Source: Trichosphaerium sp. ATCC 40318 (taxonomy: Eukaryota > Protista > Tubulinea). From it: a stretch of DNA of 64,000 bases. The position numbers and the translations under genes were made by a program. Below the pieces are notes generated by a model. That model made no database searches and was not told the origin of the DNA. It saw only the letters and a list, made by a program, of their open reading frames with translations. Location of the stretch: the NCBI GenBank assembly GCA_038496445.1, contig JALMLS010000204.1, positions 310,001-374,000 on the forward strand, given 5' to 3'. Positions 1 to 14,421 of the stretch are shown piece after piece (position 1 is the stretch's first letter; each line of letters starts with the position of its first letter).

Positions 1-1434
<1,434 letters not shown>

Positions 1435-1593
1435 GGTTACTTCCCACTTCAATTGAGGTTAACAGAAAACAAGCGGCAGTTAAGTCAAAAATCGTCAAAG
1501 GCGTTCAAATTTTTTAACACTTTACTCTCTGACAGGCACCTTAACACTTCATTGTATTGGTCCATACGAGATAGCCAACAAGCGTTTGCTCAC

Positions 1594-3589
1594 ATGGAGC
1601 CGCTTTTAACCGACAGTGCATTAGCTGAGCTTTTACAGAGAGCAGAATACGAGAATGAGCAACGCAGGTATGGTAGACGCATTTTAACTGCTGTAGAATG
1701 CGATGTAAGTATTTTTCCTAGATTGAATACCGCCAATGCCACGAACATTGATAAAGATGACTTGATTGACCCAACACCGGATGTAAGGGCGTTATTTGTA
1801 CAATTCAACCGAGAATACTTTGATGGTATTCTAAGTTGCGTAGAAGTACGTTGGAGCACGCGGATGACACTGTACGTGCGTTCATAATTCAATAGCACCA
1901 ATTTAAACAATATGCAGTTTTTCGTGTCAAAAACAAATCTGACAATCACTAAAACCGTCACAGGTGCGCTGGAGTATGTGAATTCCGACGTGGTCATTGT
2001 ACTGTAAAACTGAGCGAACCGCTATTAAAATTCCGATCAAAAAAGGACATAATCAATACTCTACTCGTACTACCTCTTTTTGAATTTGTTCTTACACGCT
2101 TAAACCTTTCCAACTAGTTTCAGTATACTAATCATAAGTCACACTATAGCACGAGATGATTCATGCATACATATTCGTAACACGTTGTTCACGTGATAGA
2201 GATAGTCATGGTGAAACATTCACTGACATGATGAACAAGATAAATGCCGCAGGAGGATGGAATATAACTGTATATCATTCATTTCGTGCTGAAGTTGAAT
2301 ACTACCAGAATCACCACTGGCTTTGTAAGGTAAGTTGCTTGGCAGCAAGTCACTTTGTAGCCTGACTCTTTTTCCTCTTTAGAAGTGTAATTTTATCGTC
2401 AAAAGAGCCAAGAATGTTCCTCCTTCACGAAGAGACAACTGGTACGCTAATTGGTAGATCCCTAAGAACGCGTAGTAGCATTGTATTTACGTACTATACT
2501 TCCGTTGACCTCTTTTTTTATGCGCGTTTTTGTAGAATTCGTCGTTAAGTGTTTTTTGACACTTACTAGGTGGAGTAAACACGTCAGAGAGTGTGGCGGC
2601 GATTTTGAGAAAATAAAAGAGCCTGAAGGCTACGGGAAGAAAAAGAGTACGTATTGTTACTTACGTGTTACGAAAACTATTTTTCAGCGCTGATTCTCGT
2701 ATTTTAGGCAGGAAACGGCCTAAAAAAAAATCTGACGTTCAAACTAACCCAATTTCGCGTTATTTCAAACGCGTAAGCACACCGGCACCTCCTCCGCAGA
2801 AAAAGCCCCGCGTATTACTCCCTCTACCTAAAACAACCACTAATACGCCAAAAACCTCTCCTCCACCTACTTCAAACATACCAAGTATGTTTAAGAAGGC
2901 CATACAAGAAATCAAAGAGCAAAAAATACAAAACAAAGCACCAAAGCGAAAACCAACACCAGTGTTGATAGAAGATGATGAAGAGTTTGTCACTCCGCCA
3001 AAAAAAAGACAAAGAAAACAAAAACGCGCAACCACGCCAAGTCGTCAACGTGAAACACATCGTAACAACTCTACAGCGCACAGTCGTATACCAAATCAAA
3101 AGCCTAGAGTAACTCCAAGAGTAAGTAACGCTTCAATTGCTTGGTTTTCTCCATTCTTTGAACTCGATTTTTGTTTTCTTACGTTTGATTAGAAGGATGA
3201 ACCAGTTCTCATTATCGACGATGATGATGACTCTGATGATGAAATACAGTTAGTACGCGTTAATCCTGCGCAAATACGAAGACAATCATTCCGAAGACAA
3301 CCACAGCAACGTACAAGTATACAAAGACGGAGAAGTCGAAACAATATAAATAGTACGTACCTGTTTTTATCTCATCAAATCAACTTTATTAACACTCTTC
3401 TTATAGGTATGCGTGTGGATAGTACAACGCCTTTGAGACTCATGGAATTCAAGTTAACTCAGATGATACGTATGTCCTATACACGTGATTAATTGTTTTA
3501 TTAACAACAGTTTTTCAGAGCGTTCATTTCGGGAAAAGAGAATACAAGCAACACTTGATAGACAAAGAGATCCAGATTGGACACCAGGG
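1594..3589 (+). CDS. SPRTN: SprT/Spartan-like DNA-dependent metalloprotease (5' part of gene)
   Basis: Spliced exons give DLIDPTPDVRALFVQFNREYFDG...VEVRWSTRMT..AGVC..., HEMIHAY (HExxH at 2150), DRDSHGETF, and the zinc-binding part ending WWSKHVRECGGDFEKIKEP. A K/P-rich disordered tail follows. Confidence 0.9.
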
Positions 3590-3735
3590 GTAAGCTATAT
3601 AACAAGCCTTTATTTGTAGTTTATAATAATGCAGCGGCCCAATTGACTGTATAGTAATGGGCTTTAATGCAATGTATTTTTCTGAAAAGACTTTTTTTTT
3701 TTGAAAGATTTTTCGTTTATTTACAAAAAGATTAG

Positions 3736-4571
3736 GGTCCCTCTATTAGTACTTCAACACATTTAATGTCTGATGAGGATGAATATGATGATGATGATTA
3801 CTATGATATAAACATGTCTCCGCCAGTAGAGATGAAGTCTTGCCCTATTTGTAACAAAAAGATTCCTGCTGACAATGTAAATAATCATATCGATCTATGT
3901 CTCAAAGGTACACTTACTCCCTTTTCATCATCATCAATTCTAAATGCCCTCGTAGATGAGAAAGAGAGAAAGATACGTAAAGAGCTCATGGAACACCAAC
4001 AGAACGAGTATTTGGCGTCACTAGATAGAGATAGAGAAAAGGAAAGACAAAAAGATGAAATCAAAGAGGTTCGTGCTCGCCCTGCTTTTGAAGATGATTT
4101 TGTTTTTTCTTATTTTTTTCTTGCTTTTACTGTTATACCAGTTGTCGTTTTTTCTTCCTTTGAGGATTATGTCCTTACAATATATTGTTGTAGAAAGAAC
4201 AAGAAGCAATTAGAATAAAAGAGATTGAGGAAATGAAGGAAGAAGAGAGAAAGAAACAAGAAAGTGAATCGCTTAAAACAAAACTCGAAAAACTACCAAA
4301 AGAGCCTTCAGCTGATGATACTCGATCTACAACTAGGTTACGTATAAGATTCATGTCTGGTGATCATATCACAAGGCGGTTTTTATCAAGTACAAGACTA
4401 TCAGTGATCAAGGAGTTCATAGAATGTCAAGCTCTTAACGGAAAGAAAATACCTAGCCGTTTTTCTATTATTTCTGATTTTCCAAGAGCTGTTTTTTCTG
4501 ATTATGATAAGACTCTTGAAGATCTTGGATTAATAGGTAGTCGTGTTCTATCAGTTGAAGAGGTTCTTTGA
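3736..4571 (+). CDS. UBZ4 zinc finger + coiled coil + UBX domain; probably the 3' exons of the SprT gene
   Basis: CPICNKKIPADNVNNHIDLCL (UBZ4/Rad18 type). UBX: TRLRIRFMSGDHITRRF...SDFPRAVF...KTLEDLGL. The frame is open upstream of ATG 3766 back to an AG at 3734-3735 that is in phase with the SprT donor at 3590. Confidence 0.8.
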
Positions 4572-5295
4572 AATATAATTGAAAACTGATTGATAATAAC
4601 CTTAGTGTATTTGTAAACAACAAAAAAAAAAAAATAACAATAAAAAACTTGTACTTATCAAGAAGCTATTCATTGGCCGTTTTCCCCCTACAGATTAAAT
4701 AAGTAAGCAATCACGGAGTTATAACTGAGCCAATATCATTGGCAAAAAAAAAAATTAAACATTGCAAAGTACTTTGGTACTGTTTGAGATATTGGGAATC
4801 TTAAGAAAAAAGGGTAATGCTCCACATAGTATTATTTGTTGTGTAGTGCCCGCTGCCGAGTGTTTAAGTAGGTAGGTTAAGTTGTATGAGTATCCGCTGT
4901 ATGGCTGAAGTAGTTATTGTTTCCTACTTTAAAGTCCTGAGTGCTACGTAGAAAGTATAATTAGGATGTAGTACTACCAAAGCCCGTGAAAGATCAAAGA
5001 TTTACGGCACATACGCCTACATGGACATCCAAATAAGGTGTCTAAATCAGAAGACACTTCATCAAACGTTAGAAACAGCCTTGCCGAACTGTGCTTCTAT
5101 TGTACATGGCAGAGTGAGCAGTGCTTCGCAAAGTTTTGGGAAATCGCTGAGTTTTCTGCCCCATTTCAGCCATGACTTATGTGTCATAAGGTTCTACAAG
5201 ATAACAGGCACGTATCACGTCACGTATGATTTAACCTGAAATATCCTAAAACCCGGTAGAAGGCATATCAGCACTCACTTCTAACGATAATAACA

Positions 5296-6082
5296 ATGAA
5301 CACAGCACTGGTAGTATTGTGCATAGCGCTAGTTTGTTTTTGCTCAACCACAGATAGTTATTGTGATGATTTATCTTTTTACATAGGATCAGACTGGTAC
5401 GGAGCTGCCTAAACCAATGACTAAAAACTCTTTTTAATTCAAGGAAAAAAAATTAAGTGTTTTGTCGTAGGTGGTTGGGATACTCACGTGATCAGTACCA
5501 CATACAAGAATCATGTTCATCTTTCAAGATTAAGAGCGTTTTGTACCCTTGCAAGCCAGCTCAACCCTTGGTTGAGTGCAGACTAGATAGCGATTGTAAC
5601 GGTACTGAAAGGTGTCCAGTAGGTATCTTGCCAACGTACTGCGCCACATGCTCATCCATTCCGGGAAAACCGAATTATGATAACTTTACAGTGATTGTCA
5701 ACGAAACGGAGAAGATGTTAAGTGGTAACCCTTGGATCACGGACACCTTTCACAACCACACTGGAAGCGATTTGATATATACTTACGAATCATGGTCATG
5801 GAATGCTAAGGGAACAGCACTGCGGAATACCTTTTCCTCAATCACGGTATGCAACTAAACCATGCAATAAGAAGACTAACTATTGTGTAACTTTAGAGGA
5901 CAACATGGGGCGACCAGTATGATGGAACAATTTACGTCGCCTATACGAATATTTATTCTGAGTTCAATAATACCCATATTCAATCTCAAGGCGTTTCACT
6001 TAGGACTACCACTTATGATAACGGAAAGATTGAGCTTGATAGTTCTCCAGGACCTTTTGTTATTTACTATCCGAAAGCGTAA
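5296..6082 (+). CDS. Secreted Cys-containing protein of unknown function (about 3 exons)
   Basis: Signal-peptide-like MNTALVVLCIALVCFCSTTDS. Several Cys and many N-x-S/T sequons. Last exon ends ...GPFVIYYPKA*. Confidence 0.6.
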
Positions 6083-6179
6083 TTACTGTTAATTAAAACC
6101 TCTTACCGTTCAATGATAAGTAACATTGATAGGGAAAGTCTTTCATTTATTTGTGGGCATACATTGTTCATATGTAAAT

Positions 6180-7586
6180 TCAAGCCAAGAGAATGTTAAC
6201 AGCTCTTTGGATGTTACCTTTACTTCTAATAAGAGCTTGCAAAGATGTTTTCTTGTTCGAAAAGCCCATTGTTTCCAAGAGCTTTAATGATTCAATGAGA
6301 TCATTAGCTTTCTTGATTTGAGATGTAGTAACACGTGGTACCAAGACAACACGGCGTTTAGGTTCTACAATAGGTTTTGCTGCTCTTTTTTTAGCAGCTG
6401 ATTGCAGTTGAGCAAGAAATAGCTGGCGGCTGTTTACCTTCCTTGCTGATACTCTTCGTTTAGCGCAACCATAGCTTCTATGTTTGTTCTTTAATATCGA
6501 TGCATTGACGCTTGATAATCGTCTTTGAAGTTCTTCAAGTTTTGCGACAATATTCTTGTATGTCTTGTGGCTCCTTTAAGAAAAAAGTAAGAACAGAGAT
6601 AGACAGTTTTTTCTTTTGTATTGAAATGTGAAAAGAATGTTATAATGTACCTTATGCTATCTAGATCCTTATCTGTCTTCAAGTGGCGAACATTTTTAAA
6701 TCCGCAATAGACACTTTGAGATAACATGACCACAGCATTTTCTGTGTGTCCAAGCAATGCCTCGGCACAAGCGCTGTTATACCATGCGATATTATCCTTA
6801 GGATCAAGCTTCAGTATAGCTTTCAAATATGCCTTTGATTTTTCAATAGCGCCTGACTTGTTTGTATCCAAGAGTTGTAAAGAAGCTGAATGCAATATTT
6901 TGACCAACTGATTTTCAATCATTGTTTGCACTTGACTTAAAGACTTTGGTGATGTTCTAGTCACGTGTTAGTAATGTATTTTTGAATATAACTTAAAAGG
7001 ACTATTAATAATGGTGAGCATACCTATAGAAAGATGGAAGGTTCTTCGCAATAACGAAAACAAGTGTTGAGATATCTTTTGTTAATTTATCGTCATTGAC
7101 TTTTTTGATTAAGTTTTGCGTTACTTTTTCAAGGAAGACTGGAAGCTAGACGTTGACCTTTAGAACTTGGTTGTTATATTATCGCGTACTCTAGGTGTTC
7201 TACAAACATTAATAGCTATTGGTGCAACCGCAGAAGAAGCACAACGTCCGGACGTTGCATTTGAAATGGAAACGCGCAAAATCCCGCTAGTATCAACCAT
7301 AGTGACAGCTTCGCGTAGTTCTTCGTCAGAACCAACCTATAGACTTTTAGTTTGAACATCTAAACGGAATTCTCATCAAAGCTAAGCGTACGGTTATCTT
7401 ATCGCCATCAGTATCTATGTACTTGATTGTGACAGCGTTTACGCGCGAATAACCAAAATACGTTGAGAGTTTTGTTTGAAGTGTTGCAAACGTTAGGCCA
7501 TCTTTTCGTAGCGTAAATCTTCGCATTTCTTGAGTTCCTTCACGTTTTGCTTTAATTGTAACTTGTTGGTTTACAGGAGAGGACAT
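6180..7586 (-). CDS. PB1 + TPR-like + C-terminal UBA protein
   Basis: N-terminal PB1 (TIKAK...RRFTL...IKYIDTDGDKITVGSDEELREA). TPR (AWYNSACAEALLG...HLKTDKDLDSIR). C-terminal UBA (LKLLETMGFSNKKTSLQALIRSKGNIQRAVNILLA*), read by hand on the - strand at 6180-6300. Confidence 0.8.
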
Positions 7587-8165
7587 TTTTGATAGTAAGA
7601 GCTTGTTGTTGTTGTTGGTATGATGTTGAGTTTATGATATATAATAAGTGGAATGTTGTTCATAGAAGTGAGTTTTTTCTTCCAAATCAACTGTTCGTCC
7701 AAAAAGTTCGAATTGTATCGAAATTTCTCTCAATTTTGGTGTTTCAGCTCTAGAGGAGAATTGCAACTGTGGTTTTGCTCAAAAATATGTTTAGTGAACA
7801 GTTCAACAAGTTACAAGTGGATTTTTTGCGCTAAAATTATATTTAACAGGATTCACATAATGACTTTCGTGCAGCGTTGTCTACGTTTTGTAGCACCATA
7901 AATACAATAAAGACTGTTTTATGAGAGTATGTATGGGTTTTAGTAAGAAATCCACTAAATATTACTAGCACAAACATCAAAAGTTGAACAAACTGTAAAA
8001 AAGTAACTTCGGTTTTTATCACTTAATTTAAAGATAACAACACAAGAGTTTAAAAAAACAACATTTTATAGAGTACACCCGCACTACGCTTATTTACAAA
8101 TTTACAGAATGGGGGAAAAGCCTCAGCGAGAAAGAGGCAAACGCCACGCCTTTTTTTTTCTTTGG

Positions 8166-10731
8166 TTATAAAATTACAGGGTGGAGGAGAGTGCCAACGG
8201 AAGCCAAAGAAACTGATACTTCAACGAGTTTCTGTTGGGTCTTGGTTCTCAAGTTATCTATAAAACACCAGTAAGAAATTGATCGATCAAGACTCTAAAT
8301 AAAGGAAATCAAGACGTACCTAGTTTACAATTTAAAGCACGGTCTTCGTTCTGTAGGGCTGTTTCAAAGTTCTTTTGGTAAGCTTGAAGAGCGCTTGAAA
8401 TCTCAGAACGGGATTCGTCTAGGGTAGTTTGCATATCTCTAAAGATAAAGGCGTAAGTTCGGTTTCTTTTTCGAACAAAACGTTTTGATTTCAGTGAAAA
8501 CAATTCTTTGTGGAGTTCAAGGTCTTTCTTACCTTGTCATGTTTACAAACTTGCTCTGAATCTCTTCTCTGGATTCTACAAGCATTTCATCTACAGCAGC
8601 CAACGCTTTGCGTTGTTGTTCAATATCCTGACCCTAAGAAAACATTAGATACAGTGTACGGGTTTTTTTAGGCTTCCTTCTTTTTTAGAGTACGTACTTC
8701 CTGATTCTCAAAGTTTTTACCAATGGTGGCTTTGAGGTCGTCAAGCTTTTTATATACAGATGCTTGAACGTCACTGAATTGATCAAGAACGCGTTTCTTA
8801 ACCTTATTAATTTGATCATCTGTAACGCGAAGTGAAACGACTTGGTTCAAAGTAGATTTGAGGTAAACATTGCCTATTTAAAAAAAATCGTAAGAATAAA
8901 CTCCCGAACAGTCACAAACAAACCTTGTTGGCGCATAATACAATTGTTGGTCATATTTACATTCATGGCACCTATTACAAATAGTGAGTAAACGAAGGAG
9001 GAAAAAAAACGCCACAACGCGAGAAAAATAAGCTTTTTATGGACAAAAAGGAAAAAAAAAGACAAAAAAAAAAAGCAAGTACGAACCGTTGTGTACACCG
9101 TTTGGGTTAACTTGGTTTTGTACAGGTGTGCCACCGTTCATTTGTGTATTTATACGAGGTTTCGGAGTCTCAAAAGTATTTACAGTTGATTTACGACCAA
9201 GCTAAAGGCAAACGTAAACAAATTAAACCAAAAAAGTTCATGCAGGCTACAAAAAAAAACCCAAAAAAGGATATACGTACCAAAAGGCCAGAACCAGCGC
9301 CAGAGTCAATTTCCATAGTAGTTGGACCAGTATTACCAACAGGAGAAGTATTTCCGCGCGTGGAAGAATGAGCAAAAGACGCAATATCCATTTCAGTTGG
9401 TTTCGTTGGAGAACCAGCAAAACCACGTAGTCCCATGGTTTCATGCCTGCCGAAACTAAAGAGAAGCGTAAATAAGATTTTTACAAAGTTGTAAAAAAAA
9501 AGTTACATTTTCAAATAACGAGGCCAATTACACTGGCCTTTTTGTCAAAAACCAAGTATTTTCAGTAAAAATGTGAAATAGCACGTACGGTCTTGGTTTA
9601 ACTGTAGCGCCTTTACGCAGGCATTCAAACTCTGCGAATAGCCACTCTCTAAGACCTATCGGAGGTAAGAAAAAGCGAAGGGAAACGGAAAAAAAAATCG
9701 AAACAAAAAAAAAATCTAGAAGCGAGAAAACCAGAAAAGTATTAATTAACGTACCAGCAAGCTCGGTTTCGCGCTTAGTTCCGACAGCGTTTAATGTCTG
9801 GCGCATGCTCATGAGCCTGCCACGAAGGGTCTCAAGCTCGTGTTCCTCTTCAAGGACAGCCTCAACAGCATCCAGGAGTTTGAGAAGAGCAGTATTTTCT
9901 TCAGGTGTCTAACGCGAGTTTAATATTGTATGCAAACGCTTACGATTAAATTTGTACCTCCGTTTCCACAACCGCTTGATCTTCCAAATAGGCTTTAGAA
10001 GCCCAAGTAGGCTTTTGGCGTTTGGCAGGTCGTTCAAGGGATCTATCTACGCTCACAGGTGCAGGAAGGTCTATAGAAGGTAATTTAGCGCTTATTTAAT
10101 TTTTGTTTTTACACATCGTTGGGTTTGTAAAAGTGGTTGTGTAAAGTTACACAAAAAGCGGTAGAAAAATAGAGCGTGCAAAAGGGAATTTAGCAAGTGC
10201 AAAGAAAAGGCAAAGTTATGTGGGCCAGTACGATCAAACGGCAATTCCACTAAACGGCCAACAAACACTAAAAAAAAACGTTTCGCACTACGTACCTCTT
10301 GATTTACGCTTGCGGGAACAATTGGAGCAATGAGCTCCAAACTGCTGGCGATTTTTAAACGCAGTGATAGGCCAGGTCATATGGCAATAGCGACAGTAGT
10401 ACACATCGCGTTGCTCTTCCGTTTTTTGAGATTTTGGTTTTCGCCCTCTTCGTGGTTTCACTTTTGGTTCCGGTGTTGGTGGAGTTGGTTTTTGAATTGG
10501 CATTTCTTGAGGCTCATTGCGCTTTCTGATGCTCCACTTCACGCCACAAGCGTTACATAGTGTGCTCTTGCCCGTGGGACCCCTGCGCCACATTGGCGTA
10601 GCGGTACAATAGCAAAACTCACACTTTTTCTCATTGGCTTGAGCATCGGGCGAGAGCGGTTCTGCTGCTTGCACGTTCCCCTCTATTGGGAACGCTAGTG
10701 TCTCAGTCGTTTTGAGGGTTGTTTGAGCCAT
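8166..10731 (-). CDS. GATA zinc-finger transcription factor with second Zn-finger-like motif and C-terminal coiled coil
   Basis: [30 protein letters not shown] (C-x2-C-x18-C-x2-C). Downstream exons on the same strand encode a coiled coil ending ...HPVIL*. Linkage of the 3' exons is inferred from splice sites. Confidence 0.8.
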
Positions 10732-11985
10732 TATAGAGTTGAGAGAGTTAGGTTCGTAGGGATCTTGTGTAAGGGAGCGTTTAATCGCGTAAAATTTTGG
10801 TGGCGATGCTGTATGGTTATTGTTGGAGTGCTTGAAATATTTAGTGAAAGTAGCAAGGAACTTAAGAAAAACCGTTTAGTTAGTCAGAGAATAAATTTAG
10901 AGACTACAAACATACTCGTCTACTATGTGTTCGTGTTTTGGTAGTGATTTGAGTCAAAGTTACAAAGCAACACTTAAAATATTTTATTTTGTGTAAACTT
11001 GTATTGTTGGGCACCGCCAAGCGCGTGTGGATACAATTACAGTGACTCAAAAGCTTTGTACACAAAACTGTACTCAATGTAAACTTAGTTTTTTGTTTGA
11101 GTGTGTAAGCCCATTTCATAGCGTGGCGAAAACAAGCGGCCACTTTGCGGGAGTATTGGGCGGTAGAAATCACTCACCTCTGTGCACTGAATTCCACTTT
11201 AGTTGTCCGTCCTGGTTACTTTGGGTACCGCAATGCCATAACAAATACTACGATTCAATTTAACGCAATACAATTAAATTAAATAGCTCGTTTAACCTTT
11301 CATTAGTGACAGCTTGAATCGCTTACGCTAAGAAACGTACCTAATCCTACAACAATTATATCGCACGAAGGTAGCTTGCAGCTAGCGCAAAATTTCTAGT
11401 TTTTCTCCCGCCAATACTGCATTACTTGACACAGCGGTAAGTAACGAACTAGAGAACGACTAGGAGGCGTATTAAAATACAGGCAAACAGTGCGTGCATA
11501 GCGACATTTTTGTTTGTGAGCGTTGGGAACAAGAACTACCTCAGAAGATTGCTTTAAAATCTCCTGTCGCGCGCAACTTCGCGTGATAGCGTAATGCGAA
11601 GTGTAATAGGCGTTTTGTTCAAAAAACGAACCGACAAAAACCATCACATTCCTTTTCGGCTTTTCAGTCATTATTACGCAATAAGAGTATGATTTAACGA
11701 CCAGCTAAAAAAAAACGACTTTCTCGTTAAAACAAACTGCTGTTGTCTTTTTTTCTCTCGCCACGCGTAGGCTAACGCTATGCGATACTTCTTTTTAACG
11801 CGGTTTTGTGATGACGCGTTTTTTTGCCTAAATAAAACCAGAAGCGTTTGCGAAATTTCGCTAAAGAGAAAAGTGCTCTTTACACTACAACTGCGCGTTT
11901 AGAAGGATTACTTTATCAGTTAATATTTTAAACCAGGGAATTCGTATTCTTTTAGGCAATGGTAGTTATGTATATCACCTCCAGC

Positions 11986-14341
11986 CTAAACGAATGCGTC
12001 AGGGTACTGCGTTGTATTTTTTTGTTACGTTTACAAAAAGTTTTTTGTTCTTTCCAAAGTTCGTGACTCAGCACAATTGTGCTTTCATAGACATACCTGT
12101 GGATTAGATGGCACGCCACGCATTATCGTACGACACCTCTGAGCAGCAAAACGGGTCATATCAAGACTTTGAGGATCAGACCACCAAGTTTCTCCCACTG
12201 CACCCAAGTATGGTGTAATTTTTGTAATGATATTTCCTAATGTCGTTAGAAAAACAGAGGTTACTGGCTATCGCTGATAAAGCGTTAATTACCCGAATCA
12301 GTAATTGCTGCGTCATCAAAAACCGTTAACTGCCCACCAAGAACTAATGCTTGTTCGCTAGCCGTACCTAAGAGTGGTTGAGACATAAAAACATCTTCTC
12401 ATTATTTTTTTGTACCCGAAAAATCTGTTGGATTTGTAGCATACATTTGTTGCCACGTGTACGATTTTTGGATATTTTCTCTTCTAGGATCAACGACATA
12501 GTATGGTCCGGATAGTATGACGTGTCCACCTAAAAATGGCAAGGGTGTCACCGAGATATATACAATGACATCATAAACGGTTTTTTGATTTTTGTATGTA
12601 CCTTTTGAGGTCAAGTCTTTAAACGCTGGCTGCCACTGTGTATTTGGTATCCAACCATCCCAAGTGTCATATGCCAAGTTAGGGTACTTTGATATTGGTG
12701 TTAGAGAAGGAAGGCCTAGCAGAACATTTCAGCAAAGTTCCTTGAGGCATCAAAAAAAAAGAAGACTTACCAGGATACCATCCAAGCGCCTTTTTGTCTA
12801 TAACAGGAGTTAGCTCGTTTCTTTTAGGCGAGAACGTACTGTATTTTGCTAGAATAGTGAGTAATCTTTCGCAGTAGTATCCCAACACTTGACTGACTTG
12901 TGTGAACCCTTTCTGTTTCATTAGAGCTTGCACAGCGGGAGATTTTTGCCATTGAGATAAATCAGTTTCGTCGAAGCCTATACCAACTTGATCTGACGGG
13001 AAAACACTAGCTACATAACTCCACATAGAGTCAAAGAATTCCCATGTTTTTTCATTAGATGGGTCAGGTAGAACACCACGTGATAATTTACCATTCTTTA
13101 AATACAGTTAAAGGGGTAGACAAGGTTAGAGGTATCGTACCGATTCATACTCAACACATAGATCAGGGTATGCATAACAAATAGAGTAAGAGTGTCCTGG
13201 TGTATCAATCTCAGGTATTATCTTAACACCGCGATGCAAAGCATACGAAACCAGGTCCTTAACATCACTCACAGAGTATGTGTGAGCCTGTTTAGAGTAA
13301 GCACCTAAGAAGAATTAACCTTAGTTTTAGCATAAAGAGCGCACCTTTCTGTGTAAGTAGAGGATATCCTGGTACTTCCAGAGGCCATGAATCGGTGTCA
13401 ATAAGGTGTAAATGTAATGAATTAAGCTTATAGAAGCTCATTTGGTCAATGAGGCCTTTAAGTGAGCTAACAGTCATAAACCTTCTTGCCGTGTCAATCA
13501 TTACTACAATTCTTGTAAGTATTCAATCCTTGACGGATCTCAAACCTCCGCGATAACTCAATCGAGGCCTATCTGATATAGTCACGAGCTTTGCGCTGTA
13601 TTCATACGAATTATAGTTAAACGTCACCAATTGAGAAAACGTTTCAAGTCCGCGAAGAGCACCTAGCAAACTATCAGGTTTTTTTCCTTTGTTCTGACTT
13701 ACCAAACACTGTATTTGCTTTCAACGTAAAGGCTGTTTTAGATAAGGTAAGATCATAGGACTCATCAGTAGATAGGGTGAGGTTTTCATTGTAAGGGAGA
13801 TTTAGAGTGACCTCCAATTTTGATACTGAGCTTGTGCCCTTTTATTGAAATATTAATAATGTGCTGTGATCTGCAGCATACGTTTTGAGTTGGTATAGGG
13901 AATAGATATTTCATATATCTAGATATTGCATCTTGTAGTATTGACCCAGATGAGGATGATGAGATACTTAACCCAAATAAGCAAAAGAGGAGAAAAATCT
14001 AACAGTGAATTCTGGAAAATTGTACCGAAAAGTTGTTGGGTTAACCGTTATTGTATCTCCACTTGAGGTCATTTGCCTTGGCAATGGCCATAATCCGTCT
14101 GGTAGAGAACCAATACCTAGAATATATGTTATCGTAGAAGAGTAACAAAGAGAGGTGAGGATAAAATTGATTTTTTTGATCTTTCTCACGTGTTTTGTTT
14201 GAAACTCTTTATTTTACCTTCACCAACGTGTTCTCGTTGATAAGTGTACTCTTCGAGTGAAGGATGTATTGGCTTGTCAAGCGACCAGCCGTGTAAAACG
14301 TTGACACAGAGTAGCAAAAATATTATTAACGAGTTGCGCAT
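11986..14341 (-). CDS. GH20 beta-N-acetylhexosaminidase-like, secreted/lysosomal
   Basis: Signal peptide. Motifs LWPLPRQ, DESYDL, GALRGLETFSQL, ISDRPRLSYRG, IDTARRF, HLHLIDTDSWPL, IIPEIDTPGH, catalytic DE in GIGFDET, and FAAQRCRTIMRG. Confidence 0.9.
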
Positions 14342-14421
14342 TGGTTTCGCAAAGTGTCTAACTGTTGATGTTTAGTTAAGGCGGAGAAAACCAAGTTTTA
14401 AAGTTAAAATCGTTTAAAACA

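Noticed and set aside
1590-1997. Antisense ORFs in the track (also e.g. 2760-3035, 48711-49722, 52926-53679, 59909-60253)
   Set aside because: They are shadows of real genes on the opposite strand or of low-complexity sequence.
4700-5200. Possible small gene or ncRNA in the gap after the UBX exons
   Set aside because: Trial splicing hit early stops and I found no tRNA or snoRNA hallmarks.
10900-11950. Short ORFs in the CpG-richer region upstream of the GATA gene
   Set aside because: No coding signature; more likely promoter or 5' UTR.
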